The notes beneath the pieces were generated by a model. The model did not search any database. It saw only the letters and a list, made by a program, of their open reading frames with translations, and was not told the DNA's origin. DNA of 64,000 bases from Azolla caroliniana (lineage: Eukaryota > Plantae > Polypodiophyta): assembly GCA_043228905.1 (NCBI GenBank), contig JBHGNT010000061.1:1-64000 (forward strand), in the 5' to 3' direction. The position numbers and the translations under genes are program-made. Of this stretch, positions 12,870-26,929 are shown one piece after another (position 1 is the stretch's first letter; every line of letters begins with the position of its first letter).

Positions 12870-15800
12870 GGGAGTTGAGGAGAGCGCGTGAGTAAATTAA
12901 AATGTTCATACCTGGCTCGTGTGATATCGGATTTTTGTGTTCCAAGATGTGAATCGAAGCTAATAACACTAGCTTTGATATAGGCATGACAAATTATCAA
13001 GATTTTAAAACTCAGGTCGAGAGACATGACGAAATTATCAAATTTAAGGAGGGAGTTGAGAAGAGGCCGTTCGGAAATGAAAATGTTCATACCTAGCTTG
13101 TCTGATATCGGATTTTTGTGTCCAATCATGCGAATGGAAGCTAACAACGCTAGCTATGATATAGAATAAAAAAATCAAGATTTTGAAACTCAGGTCGAGA
13201 GACATGACGAAATTATTAAATTTGAGGAGGGAGTTGAGAAGAGCGTGTGGGTAAATTAAAATGTTCATACCTAGCCCATGTGATATCGGATTTTTGTGTT
13301 CAATCATGCGAATCGATGCTAACAACGCTAGCTATGATATTGAGTGAGAAAATCTAGATTTTGAAACTCAGGTAGAGAGACATGACGAAATTAGCAAATT
13401 TGAGGAGGGAGTTGAGAAGAGCGCGTGGGTAGATTAAAATGTTCATACCTGGCTCGTGTGATATCGGATTTTAGTGTTCAAACATGCGAATCGAGGCTAA
13501 CAACGCTAGCTATAATATAGAATTAAAAAATCAAGATTTTGAAACTCAGGTCGAGAGATATAATGAAATTAGCAAATTTGAGGAGGGAGTTGAGAAGAGC
13601 CTGTGAGTAAATGAAAATGTTCATAACTGGCTCGTGTGATATCGGATTCTTGTGTTTAAACATGCGAATCGAGGCTAACAACGCTAACTATGATATAGAA
13701 TTAAAAAATCAAGGTTTTGAAACTCAGGTCGAGAGACATGACGAAATTAGCAAATTTGAGGAGGGAGTTGAGAAGAGCCCGTTCGGAAATGAAAATGTTC
13801 ATACCTGGCTCGTGTGATATTGGATTTTTGTGTTCAAACATGCGAATCGAAGCTAACAACGCTAGCTAGGATATGGATTTAGAAAATCAAGATTTTGAAA
13901 CTCATGTCGAGAGACATGACGAAATTAGCAAATTTGAGGAGGTAGTTGAGAAGAGCGCGTGAGTAAATTAAAATGTTCATACCCGGCTCGTGTGATATCA
14001 GATTTTTGTGTTCAAACATTCGAATCGAGGCTAACAACGCTAGCTATGATATAGAATTAAAAAATCAAGGTTTTGAAACTCAGGTCGAGAGACATGACGA
14101 AATTAGCAAATTTCAGGAGGGTGTTGAGAAGAGCTCGTTCGGAAATGAAAATGTTCATACCTGGCTCGTGTGATATTGGATTTTTGTGTTCAAACATGCG
14201 AATCGAAGCTAACAACGTTAGCTTTGATATACGCATGACAAATTATCAAGATTTTAAAACTCACGTCGAGAGACATGAAGAAATTACCAAATTTGAGGAG
14301 GGAGTTGAGGAGAGCGCGTGAGTAAATTAAAATGTTCATACCTGGCTCGTGTGATATCGGATTTTTGTGTTCCAAGATGTGAATCGAAGCTAATAACACT
14401 AGCTTTGATATAGGCATGACAAATTATCAAGATTTTAAAACTCAGGTCGAGAGACATGACGAAATTATCAAATTTGAGGAGGGAGTTGAGAAGAGGCCGT
14501 TCGGAAATGAAAATGTTCATACCTAGCTTGTCTGATATCGGATTTTTGTGTCCAATCATGCGAATGGAAGCTAACAACGCTAGCTATGATATAGAATAAA
14601 AAAATCAAGATTTTGAAACTCAGGTCGAGAGACATGACGAAATTATTAAATTTGAGGAGGGAGTTGAGAAGAGCGTGTGGGTAAATTAAAATGTTCATAC
14701 CTAGCCCATGTGATATCGGATTTTTGTGTTCAATCATGCGAATCGATGCTAACAACGCTAGCTATGATATTGAGTGAGAAAATCTAGATTTTGAAACTCA
14801 GGTAGAGAGACATGACGAAATTAGCAAATTTGAGGAGGGAGTTGAGAAGAGCGCGTGGGTAGATTAAAATGTTCATACCTGGCTCGTGTGATATCGGATT
14901 TTAGTGTTCAAACATGCGAATCGAGGCTAACAACGCTAGCTATAATATAGAATTAAAAAATCAAGATTTTGAAACTCAGGTCGAGAGATATAATGAAATT
15001 AGCAAATTTGAGGAGGGAGTTGAGAAGAGCCTGTGAGTAAATGAAAATGTTCATAACTGGCTCGTGTGATATCGGATTCTTGTGTTTAAACATGCGAATC
15101 GAGGCTAACAACGCTAACTATGATATAGAATTAAAAAATCAAGGTTTTGAAACTCAGGTCGAGAGACATGACGAAATTAGCAAATTTGAGGAGGGAGTTG
15201 AGAAGAGCCCGTTCGGAAATGAAAATGTTCATACCTGGCTCGTGTGATATTGGATTTTTGTGTTCAAACATGCGAATCGAAGCTAACAACGCTAGCTAGG
15301 ATATGGATTTAGAAAATCAAGATTTTGAAACTCATGTCGAGAGACATGACGAAATTAGCAAATTTGAGGAGGTAGTTGAGAAGAGCGCGTGAGTAAATTA
15401 AAATGTTCATACCCGGCTCGTGTGATATCAGATTTTTGTGTTCAAACATTCGAATCGAGGCTAACAACGCTAGCTATGATATAGAATTAAAAAATCAAGG
15501 TTTTGAAACTCAGGTCGAGAGACATGACGAAATTAGCAAATTTCAGGAGGGTGTTGAGAAGAGCTCGTTCGGAAATGAAAATGTTCATACCTGGCTCGTG
15601 TGATATTGGATTTTTGTGTTCAAACATGCGAATCGAAGCTAACAACGTTAGCTTTGATATACGCATGACAAATTATCAAGATTTTAAAACTCACGACGAG
15701 AGACATGAAGAAATTACCAAATTTGAGGAGGGAGTTGAGGAGAGCGCGTGAGTAAATTAAAATGTTCATACCTGGCTCGTGTGATATCGGATTTTTGTGT

Positions 15801-16842
15801 TCCAAGATGTGAATCGAAGCTAATAACACTAGCTTTGATATAGGCATGACAAATTATCAAGATTTTAAAACTCAGGTCGAGAGACATGACGAAATTATCA
15901 AATTTGAGGAGGGAGTTGAGAAGAGGCCGTTCGGAAATGAAAATGTTCATACCTAGCTTGTCTGATATCGGATTTTTGTGTCCAATCATGCGAATGGAAG
16001 CTAACAACGCTAGCTATGATATAGAATAAAAAAATCAAGATTTTGAAACTCAGGTCGAGAGACATGACGAAATTATTAAATTTGAGGAGGGAGTTGAGAA
16101 GAGCGTGTGGGTAAATTAAAATGTTCATACCTAGCCCATGTGATATCGGATTTTTGTGTTCAATCATGCGAATCGATGCTAACAACGCTAGCTATGATAT
16201 TGAGTGAGAAAATCTAGATTTTGAAACTCAGGTAGAGAGACATGACGAAATTAGCAAATTTGAGGAGGGAGTTGAGAAGAGCGCGTGGGTAGATTAAAAT
16301 GTTCATACCTGGCTCGTGTGATATCGGATTTTAGTGTTCAAACATGCGAATCGAGGCTAACAACGCTAGCTATAATATAGAATTAAAAAATCAAGATTTT
16401 GAAACTCAGGTCGAGAGATATAATGAAATTAGCAAATTTGAGGAGGGAGTTGAGAAGAGCCTGTGAGTAAATGAAAATGTTCATAACTGGCTCGTGTGAT
16501 ATCGGATTCTTGTGTTTAAACATGCGAATCGAGGCTAACAACGCTAACTATGATATAGAATTAAAAAATCAAGGTTTTGAAACTCAGGTCGAGAGACATG
16601 ACGAAATTAGCAAATTTGAGGAGGGAGTTGAGAAGAGCCCGTTCGGAAATGAAAATGTTCATACCTGGCTCGTGTGATATTGGATTTTTGTGTTCAAACA
16701 TGCGAATCGAAGCTAACAACGCTAGCTATGATATGGATTTAGAAAATCAAGATTTTGAAACTCATGTCGAGAGACATGACGAAATTAGCAAATTTGAGGA
16801 GGTAGTTGAGAAGAGCGCGTGAGTAAATTAAAATGTTCATAC
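12870..16842 (+). repeat. 8-monomer HOR of 1430 bp (six 178-bp plus two 181-bp monomers), ~2.8 near-identical tandem copies
   Basis: ORF offsets are 1430 (12854/14284/15714 and 13611/15041/16471). Private variants GTTGAGGAGAGC, TTGTCTGATAT and GCTAGGATATGG are shared between copies. Confidence 0.92.
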
Positions 16843-17920
16843 CTGGCTCGTGTGATATGGGATTTTTGTGTTCAACCATGCGAATCGAAGCTAACAACGC
16901 TAACTATGATATGGATTTAGAAAATATGGATTTTGAAACTCAGGTCTAGAGACATGACGAAATTAGCAAATTTGAGGAGGGAGTTGAGAAGAGCACGTGG
17001 GTAGATTAAAATGTTCATACCTGGCTCGTGTGATATCGGATTTTAGTGTTCAAACATGCGGATCGAAGCTAACAACCCTAACTATGATATGGAATAAAAA
17101 AATCAAGATTTTGAAACTCACGTCGAGGGACATGATGAAATTAGTAAATTTGAAGAGGGAGTTCAGAAGAGCGTGTCAGTAAATTAAAATCTTCATACCT
17201 AGCCCGTGTGATATCGGATTTTAGTGTTCAATCATGGGAATGGAAGCTACCAATGCTATCTATGATATGGAATTAAAAAATCAAGATTTTGAAACTCAGG
17301 TCGAGAGACATGACGAAATTAGCAAATTTGAGGAGGGAGTTGAGAAGAGGCCGTTTGGAAATGAAAATGTTCATACCCGGCTCGTGTGATATCAGATTTT
17401 TGTGTTCAAACATTCGAATCGAGGCTAACAACGGTAGCTATGATGTAGAATTAAAAAATCAAGGTTTTGAAACTCAGGTCGAGAGACATGACGAAATTAG
17501 CAAATTTTAGGAGGGTGTTGAGAAGAGCCGGATCGGAAAATAAAATGTTCATACCTGGCACGTGTGATATTGGATTTTTGTGTTCAAACATGCGAATCGA
17601 GGCTAACAACGCTAGCTATGATATAGAATTAAAAAATCAAGGTTTTGAAACTCAGGTCGAGAGACATGACGAAATTAGCAAATTTCAGGAGGGTGTTGAG
17701 AAGAGCCCGTTCGGAAATGAAAATGTTCATACCTGGCTCGTGTGATATTGGATTTTTGTGTTCAAACATGCGAATCGAAGCTAACAACGCTAGCTATGAT
17801 ATGGATTTAGAAAATCAAGATTTCGAAACTCAGGTCGAGAGACATGAAGAAATTAGCAAATTTGAGGAGGGAGTTGAGAAGAGCGCCTGAGTAAATTAAA
17901 ATGTTCATACCTGGCTCGTG
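16090..17920 (+). repeat. Dispersed copy of block ~1390-3220 (also ~4950-6780)
   Basis: ORF offset 14702 (1769/16471, 2295/16997, 2587/17289, 2765/17467, 2943/17645), with shared GCCGGATCGGAAAATA and GATTTCGAAAC variants. Confidence 0.85.
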
Positions 17921-20900
17921 TGATATCGGATTTTTGTGTTCCAAGATGTGAATCGAAGCTAATAACACTAGCTTTGATATACGCATGACAAATTATCAAG
18001 ATTTTAAAACTCAGGTCGAGAGACATGACGAAATTATCAAATTTGAGGAGGGAGTTGAGAAGAGGCCGTTCGGAAATGAAAATGTTCATACCTAGCTTGT
18101 GTGATATCGGATTTTTGTGTCCAATCATGCGAATGGAAGCTAACAACGCTAGCTATGATATAGAATAAAAAAATCAAGATTTTGAAACTCAGGTCGAGAG
18201 ACATGACGAAATTATTAAATTTGAGGAGGGAGTTGAGAAGAGCGTGTGGGTAAATTAAAATGTTCATACCTAGCCCATGTGATATCGGATTTTTGTGTTC
18301 AATCATGCGAATCGATGCTAACAACGCTAGCTATGATATGGATTGAGAAAATCTAGATTTTGAAACTCAGGTAGAGAGACATGACGAAATTAGCAAATTT
18401 GAGGAGGGAGTTGAGAAGAGCGCGTGGGTAGATTAAAATGTTCATACCTGGCTCGTGTGATATCGGATTTTAGTGTTCAAACATGCGAATCGAGGCTAAC
18501 AACGCTAGCTATAATATAGAAATAAAAAATCAAGATTTTGAAACTCAGGTCGAGAGATATAATGAAATTAGCAAATTTGAGGAGGGAGTTGAGAAGAGCC
18601 TGTGAGTAAATGAAAATGTTCATACCTGGCTCGTGTGATATCGGATTTTTGTGTTTAAACATGCGAATCGAGGCTAACAACGCTAGCTATGATATAGAAT
18701 TAAAAAATCAAGGTTTTGAAACTCAGGTCGAGAGACATGACGAAATTAGCAAATTTGAGGAGGGTGTTGAGAAGAGCCCGTTCGGAAATGAAAATGTTCA
18801 TACCTGGCTCGTGTGATATTGGATTTTTGTGTTCAAACATGCAATCGAAGCTAACAACGCTAGCTATGATATAGAATTAAAAAATCAAGATTTTGAAACT
18901 CAGGTCGAGAGACATGACGAAATTAGCAAATTTGAGGAGGGAGTTGAGAAGAGCGCGTTCGGAAATGAAAATGTTCATACCTAGCTCGTGTGATATTGGA
19001 TTTTTGTATTCAAACATGCGAATCGAAGCTAAGAACACTAGCTATGATATCGAATCAAAAAATCAAGATGTTGAAACTCACGTCGAGAGACATGAAGAAA
19101 TTACCAAATTTGAGGAGGGAGTTGAGAAGAGCGCGTGAGTAAATTAAAATGTTCATACCTGGTTCGTGTGATATCGGATTTTTGTGTTCAAAGATGTGAA
19201 TCGAAGCTAATAACACTAGCTTTGATATACGCATGACAAATTATCAAGATTTTAAAACTCAGGTCGAGAGACATGACGAAATTATCAAATTTGAGGAGGG
19301 AGTTGAGAAGAGGCCGTTCGGAAATGAAAATGTTCATACCTAGCTTGTGTGATATCGGATTTTTGTGTCCAATCATGCGAATGGAAACTAACAACGCTAG
19401 CTATGATATAGAATAAAAAAATCAAGATTTTGAAACTCAGGTCGAGAGACATGACGAAATTATTAAATTTGAGGAGGGAGTTGAGAAGAGCGTGTGGGTA
19501 AATTAAAATGTTCATACCTAGCCCATGTGATATCGGATTTTTGTGTTCAATCATGCGAATCGATGCTAACAACGCTAGCTATGATATGGATTGAGAAAAT
19601 CTAGATTTTGAAACTCAGGTAGAGAGACATGACGAAATTAGCAAATTTGAGGAGGGAGTTGAGAAGAGCGCGTGGGTAGATTAAAATGTTCATACATGGC
19701 TCGTGTGATATTGGATTTTAGTGTTCAAACATGCGGATCGAGGCTAACAACGCTAGCTATGATATAGAATTAAAAAATCAAGATTTTGAAACATCAGGTC
19801 GAGTGACATGACGAAATTAGCAAATTTGAGGAGGGAGTTGAGAAGAGCGCGTGGGTAGATTAAAATCTTCATACCTGGCTCGTGTGATATCGGATTTTAG
19901 TGTTCAAACATGCGGATCGAGGTTAACAACGCTAGCTATGATATAGAATTAAAAAATCAAAATTTTGAAACTCAGGTCGAGTGACATGACGAAATTAGCA
20001 AATTTGAGGAGGGAGTTGAGAAGAGCCTGTGAGTAAATGAAAATGTTCATACCTGGCTCGTGTGATATCGGATTTTTGTGTTCAAACATGCGAATCGAAG
20101 CTAACAACGCTAGCTATGATATGGAATTAAAAAATCAAGATTTTAAAACTCAGGTGGAGAGACATGACAAAATTAGCAAATTTGAGGAGGGAGTCGCGAA
20201 TCGAAGCTAACAATGCTAGCTATGATATGGATTTAGAAAATCAAGATTTTGAAACTCAGGTCGAGAGACATGACGAAATTAGCAAAATTGAGAAGGGAGT
20301 TGAGAAGAGCGCGTGAGTAAATTAAAATGTTTATACCTGGCTCGTGTGATATGGGATTTTTGTGTTCAACCATGCCAATCGAAGCTAACAACGCTAGCTA
20401 TGATATGGATTTAGAAAATATGGATTTTGAAACTCAGGTCGAGAGACATGACGAAATTAGCAAATTTGAGGAGGGAGTTGAGAAGAGCGCGTGAGTAAAG
20501 TAAAATGTTCATACCTGGCTCGTGTGATATGGGATTTTAGTGTTCAATCATGCTAATGGAAGCTAACGACGCTAGCTATGATATAGAACAAAAAAATCAA
20601 GATTTTGAAACTCAGGTCGACAGACATGACGAAATTAGGAAAAATGAGGAGGGAGTTTAGAAGAGGCCGTGACTAAACTAAAATGTTCATCCCTGGCTCG
20701 TGTGATATCGGATTTTAGTGTTCAATCATGCGAATTGAAGCTAACAACGCTATCTATGATATGGAATTAAAAAATCAAGATTTTGAAACTCAGGTCGAGT
20801 GACATGACGAAATTAGCAAATTTGAGGAGGGAGTTGAGAAGAGGCTGTTCGGAAATGAAAATGTACATACCCGGCTCGTGTGATATCGGATTTTTGTGTT

Positions 20901-23900
20901 CAAACATGCGAATCGAGGCTAACATCGCTAGCTATGATAAAGAATTAAAAAATCAAGGTTTTGAAACTCAGGTCGAGAGACATGACGAAATTAGCAAATT
21001 TCAGAAGGGTGTTGAGAAGAGCCCGTTCGGAAATGAAAATGTTCATACCTGGCTCGTGTGATATTGGATTTTTGTGTTCAAACATGCGAATCGAAGCTAA
21101 CAACGCTAGCTATGATATGGATTTAGAAAATCAAGATTTTGAAACTCAGGTCGAGAGATATGACGAAATTAGCAAATTTGAGGAGGGAGTTGAGAAGAGC
21201 GCGTGAGTAAATTAAAATGTTCATACCTGGCTCGTGTGATATGGGATTTTTGTGTTCAACCATGCAAATAGAAGCTAACAACGCTAGCTATGATATGGAT
21301 TGAGGAAATCTAGATTTTGAAACTCAGGTAGAGAGACATGACGAAACTAGCAAATTTGAGGAGGGAGTTGAGAAGAGCGCGTGGGTAGATTAAAATGCTC
21401 ATACCTGGCTCGTGTGATATCGGATTTTAGTGTTCAAACATGCGAATCGAGGCTAACAACGCTAGCTATAATATAGAATTAAAAAATCAAGATTTTGAAA
21501 CTCAGGTCGAGAGATATAATGAAATTAGCAAATTTGAGGAGGGAGTTGAGAAGAGCCTGTGAGTAAATGAAAATGTTCATACCTGGCTCGTGTGATATCG
21601 GATTTTTGTGTTTAAACATGCGAATCGAGGCTAACAACGCTAGCTATGATATAGAATTAAAAAATCAAGGTTTTGAAACTCAGGTCGAGAGACATGACGA
21701 AATTAGCAAATTTCAGGAGGGTGTTGAGAAGACCCCGTTCGGAAATAAAAATGTTCATACCTGGCTCGTGTGATATTGGATTTTTGTGTTCAAACATGCG
21801 AATCGAAGCTAACAACGCTAGCTATGATATAGAATTAAAAAATCAAGATTTTGAAACTCAGGTCGAGAGACATGACGAAATTAGCAAATTTGAGGAGGGA
21901 GTTGAGAAGAGCGCGTTCGGAAATGAAAATGTTCATACCTGGCTCGTGTGATATTGGATTTTTGTATTCAAACATGCGAATCGAAGCTAAGAACGCTAGC
22001 TATGATATGGAATCAAAAACTCAAGATGTTGAAACTCACGTCGAGAGACATGAAGAAATTACCAAATTTGAGGAGGGAGTTGAGAAGAGCGCGTGAGTAA
22101 ATTAAAATGTTCATACCTGGCTCGTGTGATATCGGATTTTTGTGTTCAAAGATGTGAATCGAAGCTAATAACACTAGCTTTGATATACGCATGACAAATT
22201 ATCAAGATTTTAAAACTCAGGTTGAGAGACATGACGAAATTAGCAAATTTGAGGAGGGAGTTGAGAAGAGCGCGTGGGTAGATTAAAATGTTCATACCTG
22301 GCTCGTGTGATATCGGATTTTAGTGTTCAAACATGCGGATCGAGGCTAACAACGCTAGCTATGATATAGAATTAAAAAATCAAAATTTTGAAACTCAGGT
22401 CGAGTGACATGAAGAAATTAGCAAATTTGAGGAGGGAGTTGAGAAGAGCCTGTGAGTAAATGAAAACGTTCATACCTGGCTCGTGTGATATCGGATTTTT
22501 GTGTTCAAACATGCGAATCGAAGCTAACAACGCTAGCTATGATATGGAATTAAAAAATCAAGATTTTAAAACTCAGGTGGAGAGACATGACGAAATTAGC
22601 AAATTTGAGGAGGGAGTTGAGAAGAGTGCGTGAGTAAATTAAAATCTTCATACCTAGCCCGTGTGATATCGGATTTTAGTGTTCAATCATGGGAATCGAA
22701 GCTAACAACGCTATCTATGATATGGAATTAAAAAATCAAGATGTTGAAACTCAGGTCGAGAGACATGACGAAATTAGCAACTTGGAGGAGGGAGTTGAGA
22801 AGAGGCCGTTTGGAAATGAAAATGTTCTTACCCGGCTCGTGTGATATCGGATTTTTGTGTTCAAAGATGTGAATCGAAGCTAATAACACTAGCTTTGATA
22901 TAGGCATGATGAAATTATCAAGGTTTTGAAACTCAGGTCGAGAGACATGACGGAATTAGCAAATTTTAGGAGGGTGTTGAGAAGAGCCCGTTCGGAAATG
23001 AAAAGGTTCATACCTGGCTCGTGTGATATTGGATTATTGTGTTCAAATATGCGAATCGAAGCTAACAACGCTAGCTATTATATGGATTTAGAAAATCAAG
23101 ATTCTGAAACTCAGGTCGAGAGACATGACGAAATTAGCAAATTTGAGGAGGGGGTTGAGAAGAGCGCGTGAGTAAATTAAAATGTTCATACCTGGCTTGT
23201 GTGATATGGGATTTTTGTGTTCAATCATGCGATTCGAAGCTAACAACCCTAGCTATGATATGGATTGAGGAAATCTAGATTTTGAAACTCAGGTCGAGAG
23301 ATATGACGAAATTAGCAAATTTGAGGAGGAACTTGAGAAGAGCGGGTGGGTAGATTAAAATGTTCATACCTGGCTCGTGTGATATCGGATTTTAGTGTTC
23401 AAACATGGGGATCAAAGCTAACAACCCTAACTATGATATGGAATAAGGAAATCAAGATTTTGAAACTCAGGTGGAGAGACAAGACGAAGTTAACAAAAAT
23501 AAGGAGGGAGTTGAGAAGAGCCCGTGAGTAAATTAACATGTTCATCCCTGGCTCGTGTGATATCGGATTTTAGTGTTCAATCATGCGAATCGAGGCTAAC
23601 AACGCTAGCTATGATATGGAATTAAAAAATCAAGATTTTGAAACTCAGGTCGAGAGACCACACGAAATTATCAAATTTGAGGACGGAGTTGGGAAGAGCG
23701 CGTGAGTAAATTAAAATGTTCATAACTGGCTCGTGGGATATCGGATTTTCGTTTCAAACATGCGAAGTCGAGAGACATGAAGAAATTACCAAATTTTAGG
23801 AGGGAGTTGAGAAGAGCGCGTGAGTAAATTAAAATGTTCATACCTGGCTCGTGTGATATCGGATTTTTGTGTTCAAAGATGTGAATCGAAGCTAATAACA

Positions 23901-25165
23901 CTAGCTTTGATATAGACATGACGAAATTATCAAGATTTTAACACTCAGGTCGAGAGACATGACGAAATTATCAAATTTGAGGAGGGAGTTGAGAAGAGGC
24001 CGTTCGGAAATGAAAATGTTCATACCTAGCTTGTGTGATATCGGATTTTTGTGTCTAATCATGCGAATGGAAGCTAACAACGCTAGCTATGATATAGAAT
24101 AAAAAAATCAAGATTTTGAAACTCAGGTCGAGAGACATGACGAAATTATCAAATTTGAGGAGGGAGTTTAGAAGAGGCTGTTCGGAAATGAAAATGTTCA
24201 TAACTGGCTCGTGTGATATCGGATTTTAGTTTCAAACATGCGAATGGAAGCTAACAACACTAGCTATGATATAGAATCAAAAAATCAAGATGTTGAAACT
24301 CACGTCGAGAGACATGAAGAAATTACCAAATTTTAGGAGGGAGTTGAGAAGAGCACGTGCGTAAATTAAAATGTTCATACCTGGCTCGTGTGATATCGGA
24401 TTTTTGTGTTCAAAGATGTGAATCGAGACTAATAACACTAGCTTTGATATAGACATGACGAAATTATCAAGATTATAAAACTCAGGTCGAGAGACATGAC
24501 GAAATTATCAAATTTGAGGAGGGAGTTGAGAAGAGGCCGTTCGGAAATGAAAATGTTCATACCTAGTTTGTGTGATATCGGATTTTTGTGTCCAATCATG
24601 CGAATGGAAGCTAACACCCCTCGCGTGGGTAGATTAAAATGTTCATAACTGGGTCGTGTGATATCGGATTTTTGTGTTCAAAGATGTGAATCGAAGCTAA
24701 TAACACTAGCTTTGATATAGGCATGATGAAATTATCAAGGTTTTGAAACTCAGGTCGAGAGACATGACGGAATTAGCAAATTTTAGGAGGGTGTTGAGAA
24801 GAGCCCGTTCGGAAATGAAAATGTTCATACCTGGCTCGTGTGATATTGGATTTTTGTGTTCAAACATGCGAATCGAAGCTAACAACGCTTGCTATGATAT
24901 GGATTTAGAAAATCAAGATTTTGAAACTCAGGTCGAGTGACATGATGAAATTAGCAAATTTCAGGACGGTGTTGAGAGGAGCCCGTTCGGAAATGAAAAT
25001 GTTCATACCTGGCTCGTGTGATATTGGATTTTTGTGTTCAAACATGCGAATCGAAGCTAACAACGCTAGCTATGATATGGAATCAAAAAATCAAGATGTT
25101 GAAACTCACGTCGAGAGACATGAAGAAATTACCAAATTTGAGGAGGGAGTTGAGAAGAGCGCGTG

Positions 25166-26656
25166 AGTAAATTAAAATGTTCATACCTGGCTCGTGTGAT
25201 ATCGGATTTTTGTGTTCCAAGATGTGAATCGAAGCTAATAACACTAGCTTTGATATACGCATGACAAATTATCAAGATTTTAAAACTCAGGTCGAGAGAC
25301 ATGACGAAATTATCAAATTTGAGGAGGGAGTTGAGAAGAGGCCGTTCGGAAATGAAAATGTTCATACCTAGCTTGTGTGATATCGGATTTTTGTGTCCAA
25401 TCATGCGAATGGAAGCTAACAACGCTAGCTATGATATAGAATAAAAAAATCAAGATTTTGAAACTCAGGTCGAGAGACATGACGAAATTATTAAATTTGA
25501 GGAGGGAGTTGAGAAGAGCGTGTGGGTAAATTAAAATGTTCATACCTAGCCCATGTGATATCGGATTTTTGTGTTCAATCATGCGAATCGATGCTAACAA
25601 CGCTAGCTATGATATGGATTGAGAAAATCTAGATTTTGAAACTCAGGTAGAGAGACATGACGAAATTAGCAAATTTGAGGAGGGAGTTGAGAAGAGCGCG
25701 TGGGTAGATTAAAATGTTCATACCTGGCTCGTGTGATATCGGATTTTAGTGTTCAAACATGCGAATCGAGGCTAACAACGCTAGCTATAATATAGAAATA
25801 AAAAATCAAGATTTTGAAACTCAGGTCGAGAGATATAATGAAATTAGCAAATTTGAGGAGGGAGTTGAGAAGAGCCTGTGAGTAAATGAAAATGTTCATA
25901 CCTGGCTCGTGTGATATCGGATTTTTGTGTTTAAACATGCGAATCGAGGCTAACAACGCTAGCTATGATATAGAATTAAAAAATCAAGGTTTTGAAACTC
26001 AGGTCGAGAGACATGACGAAATTAGCAAATTTGAGGAGGGTGTTGAGAAGAGCCCGTTCGGAAATGAAAATGTTCATACCTGGCTCGTGTGATATTGGAT
26101 TTTTGTGTTCAAACATGCAATCGAAGCTAACAACGCTAGCTATGATATAGAATTAAAAAATCAAGATTTTGAAACTCAGGTCGAGAGACATGACGAAATT
26201 AGCAAATTTGAGGAGGGAGTTGAGAAGAGCGCGTTCGGAAATGAAAATGTTCATACCTAGCTCGTGTGATATTGGATTTTTGTATTCAAACATGCGAATC
26301 GAAGCTAAGAACACTAGCTATGATATCGAATCAAAAAATCAAGATGTTGAAACTCACGTCGAGAGACATGAAGAAATTACCAAATTTGAGGAGGGAGTTG
26401 AGAAGAGCGCGTGAGTAAATTAAAATGTTCATACCTGGTTCGTGTGATATCGGATTTTTGTGTTCAAAGATGTGAATCGAAGCTAATAACACTAGCTTTG
26501 ATATACGCATGACAAATTATCAAGATTTTAAAACTCAGGTCGAGAGACATGACGAAATTATCAAATTTGAGGAGGGAGTTGAGAAGAGGCCGTTCGGAAA
26601 TGAAAATGTTCATACCTAGCTTGTGTGATATCGGATTTTTGTGTCCAATCATGCGA
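25166..26656 (+). repeat. Dispersed copy of block ~17890-19380
   Basis: ORF offset 7276 (18037/25313, 18610/25886, 18893/26169). The 1-bp deletion CATGCAATCG is shared at ~18840 and ~26116. Confidence 0.88.
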
Positions 26657-26929
26657 ATCGAAGCTAACAACGCTAGCTATGATATAGAATTAAAAAATCA
26701 AGATTGTGAAACTCAGGTCGAGAGACATGACGAAATTAGCAAATTTGAGGAGGGAGTTGACAAGAGCGCGTTCGGAAATGAAAATGTTCATACCTAGCTC
26801 GTGTGATATTGGATTTTTGTATTCAAACATGCGAATCGAAGCTAAGAACGCTAGCTATGATATCGAATCAAAAAATCAAGATTCTGAAACTCAGGTCGAG
26901 TGACATGAAGAAATTACCAAATTTGAGGA

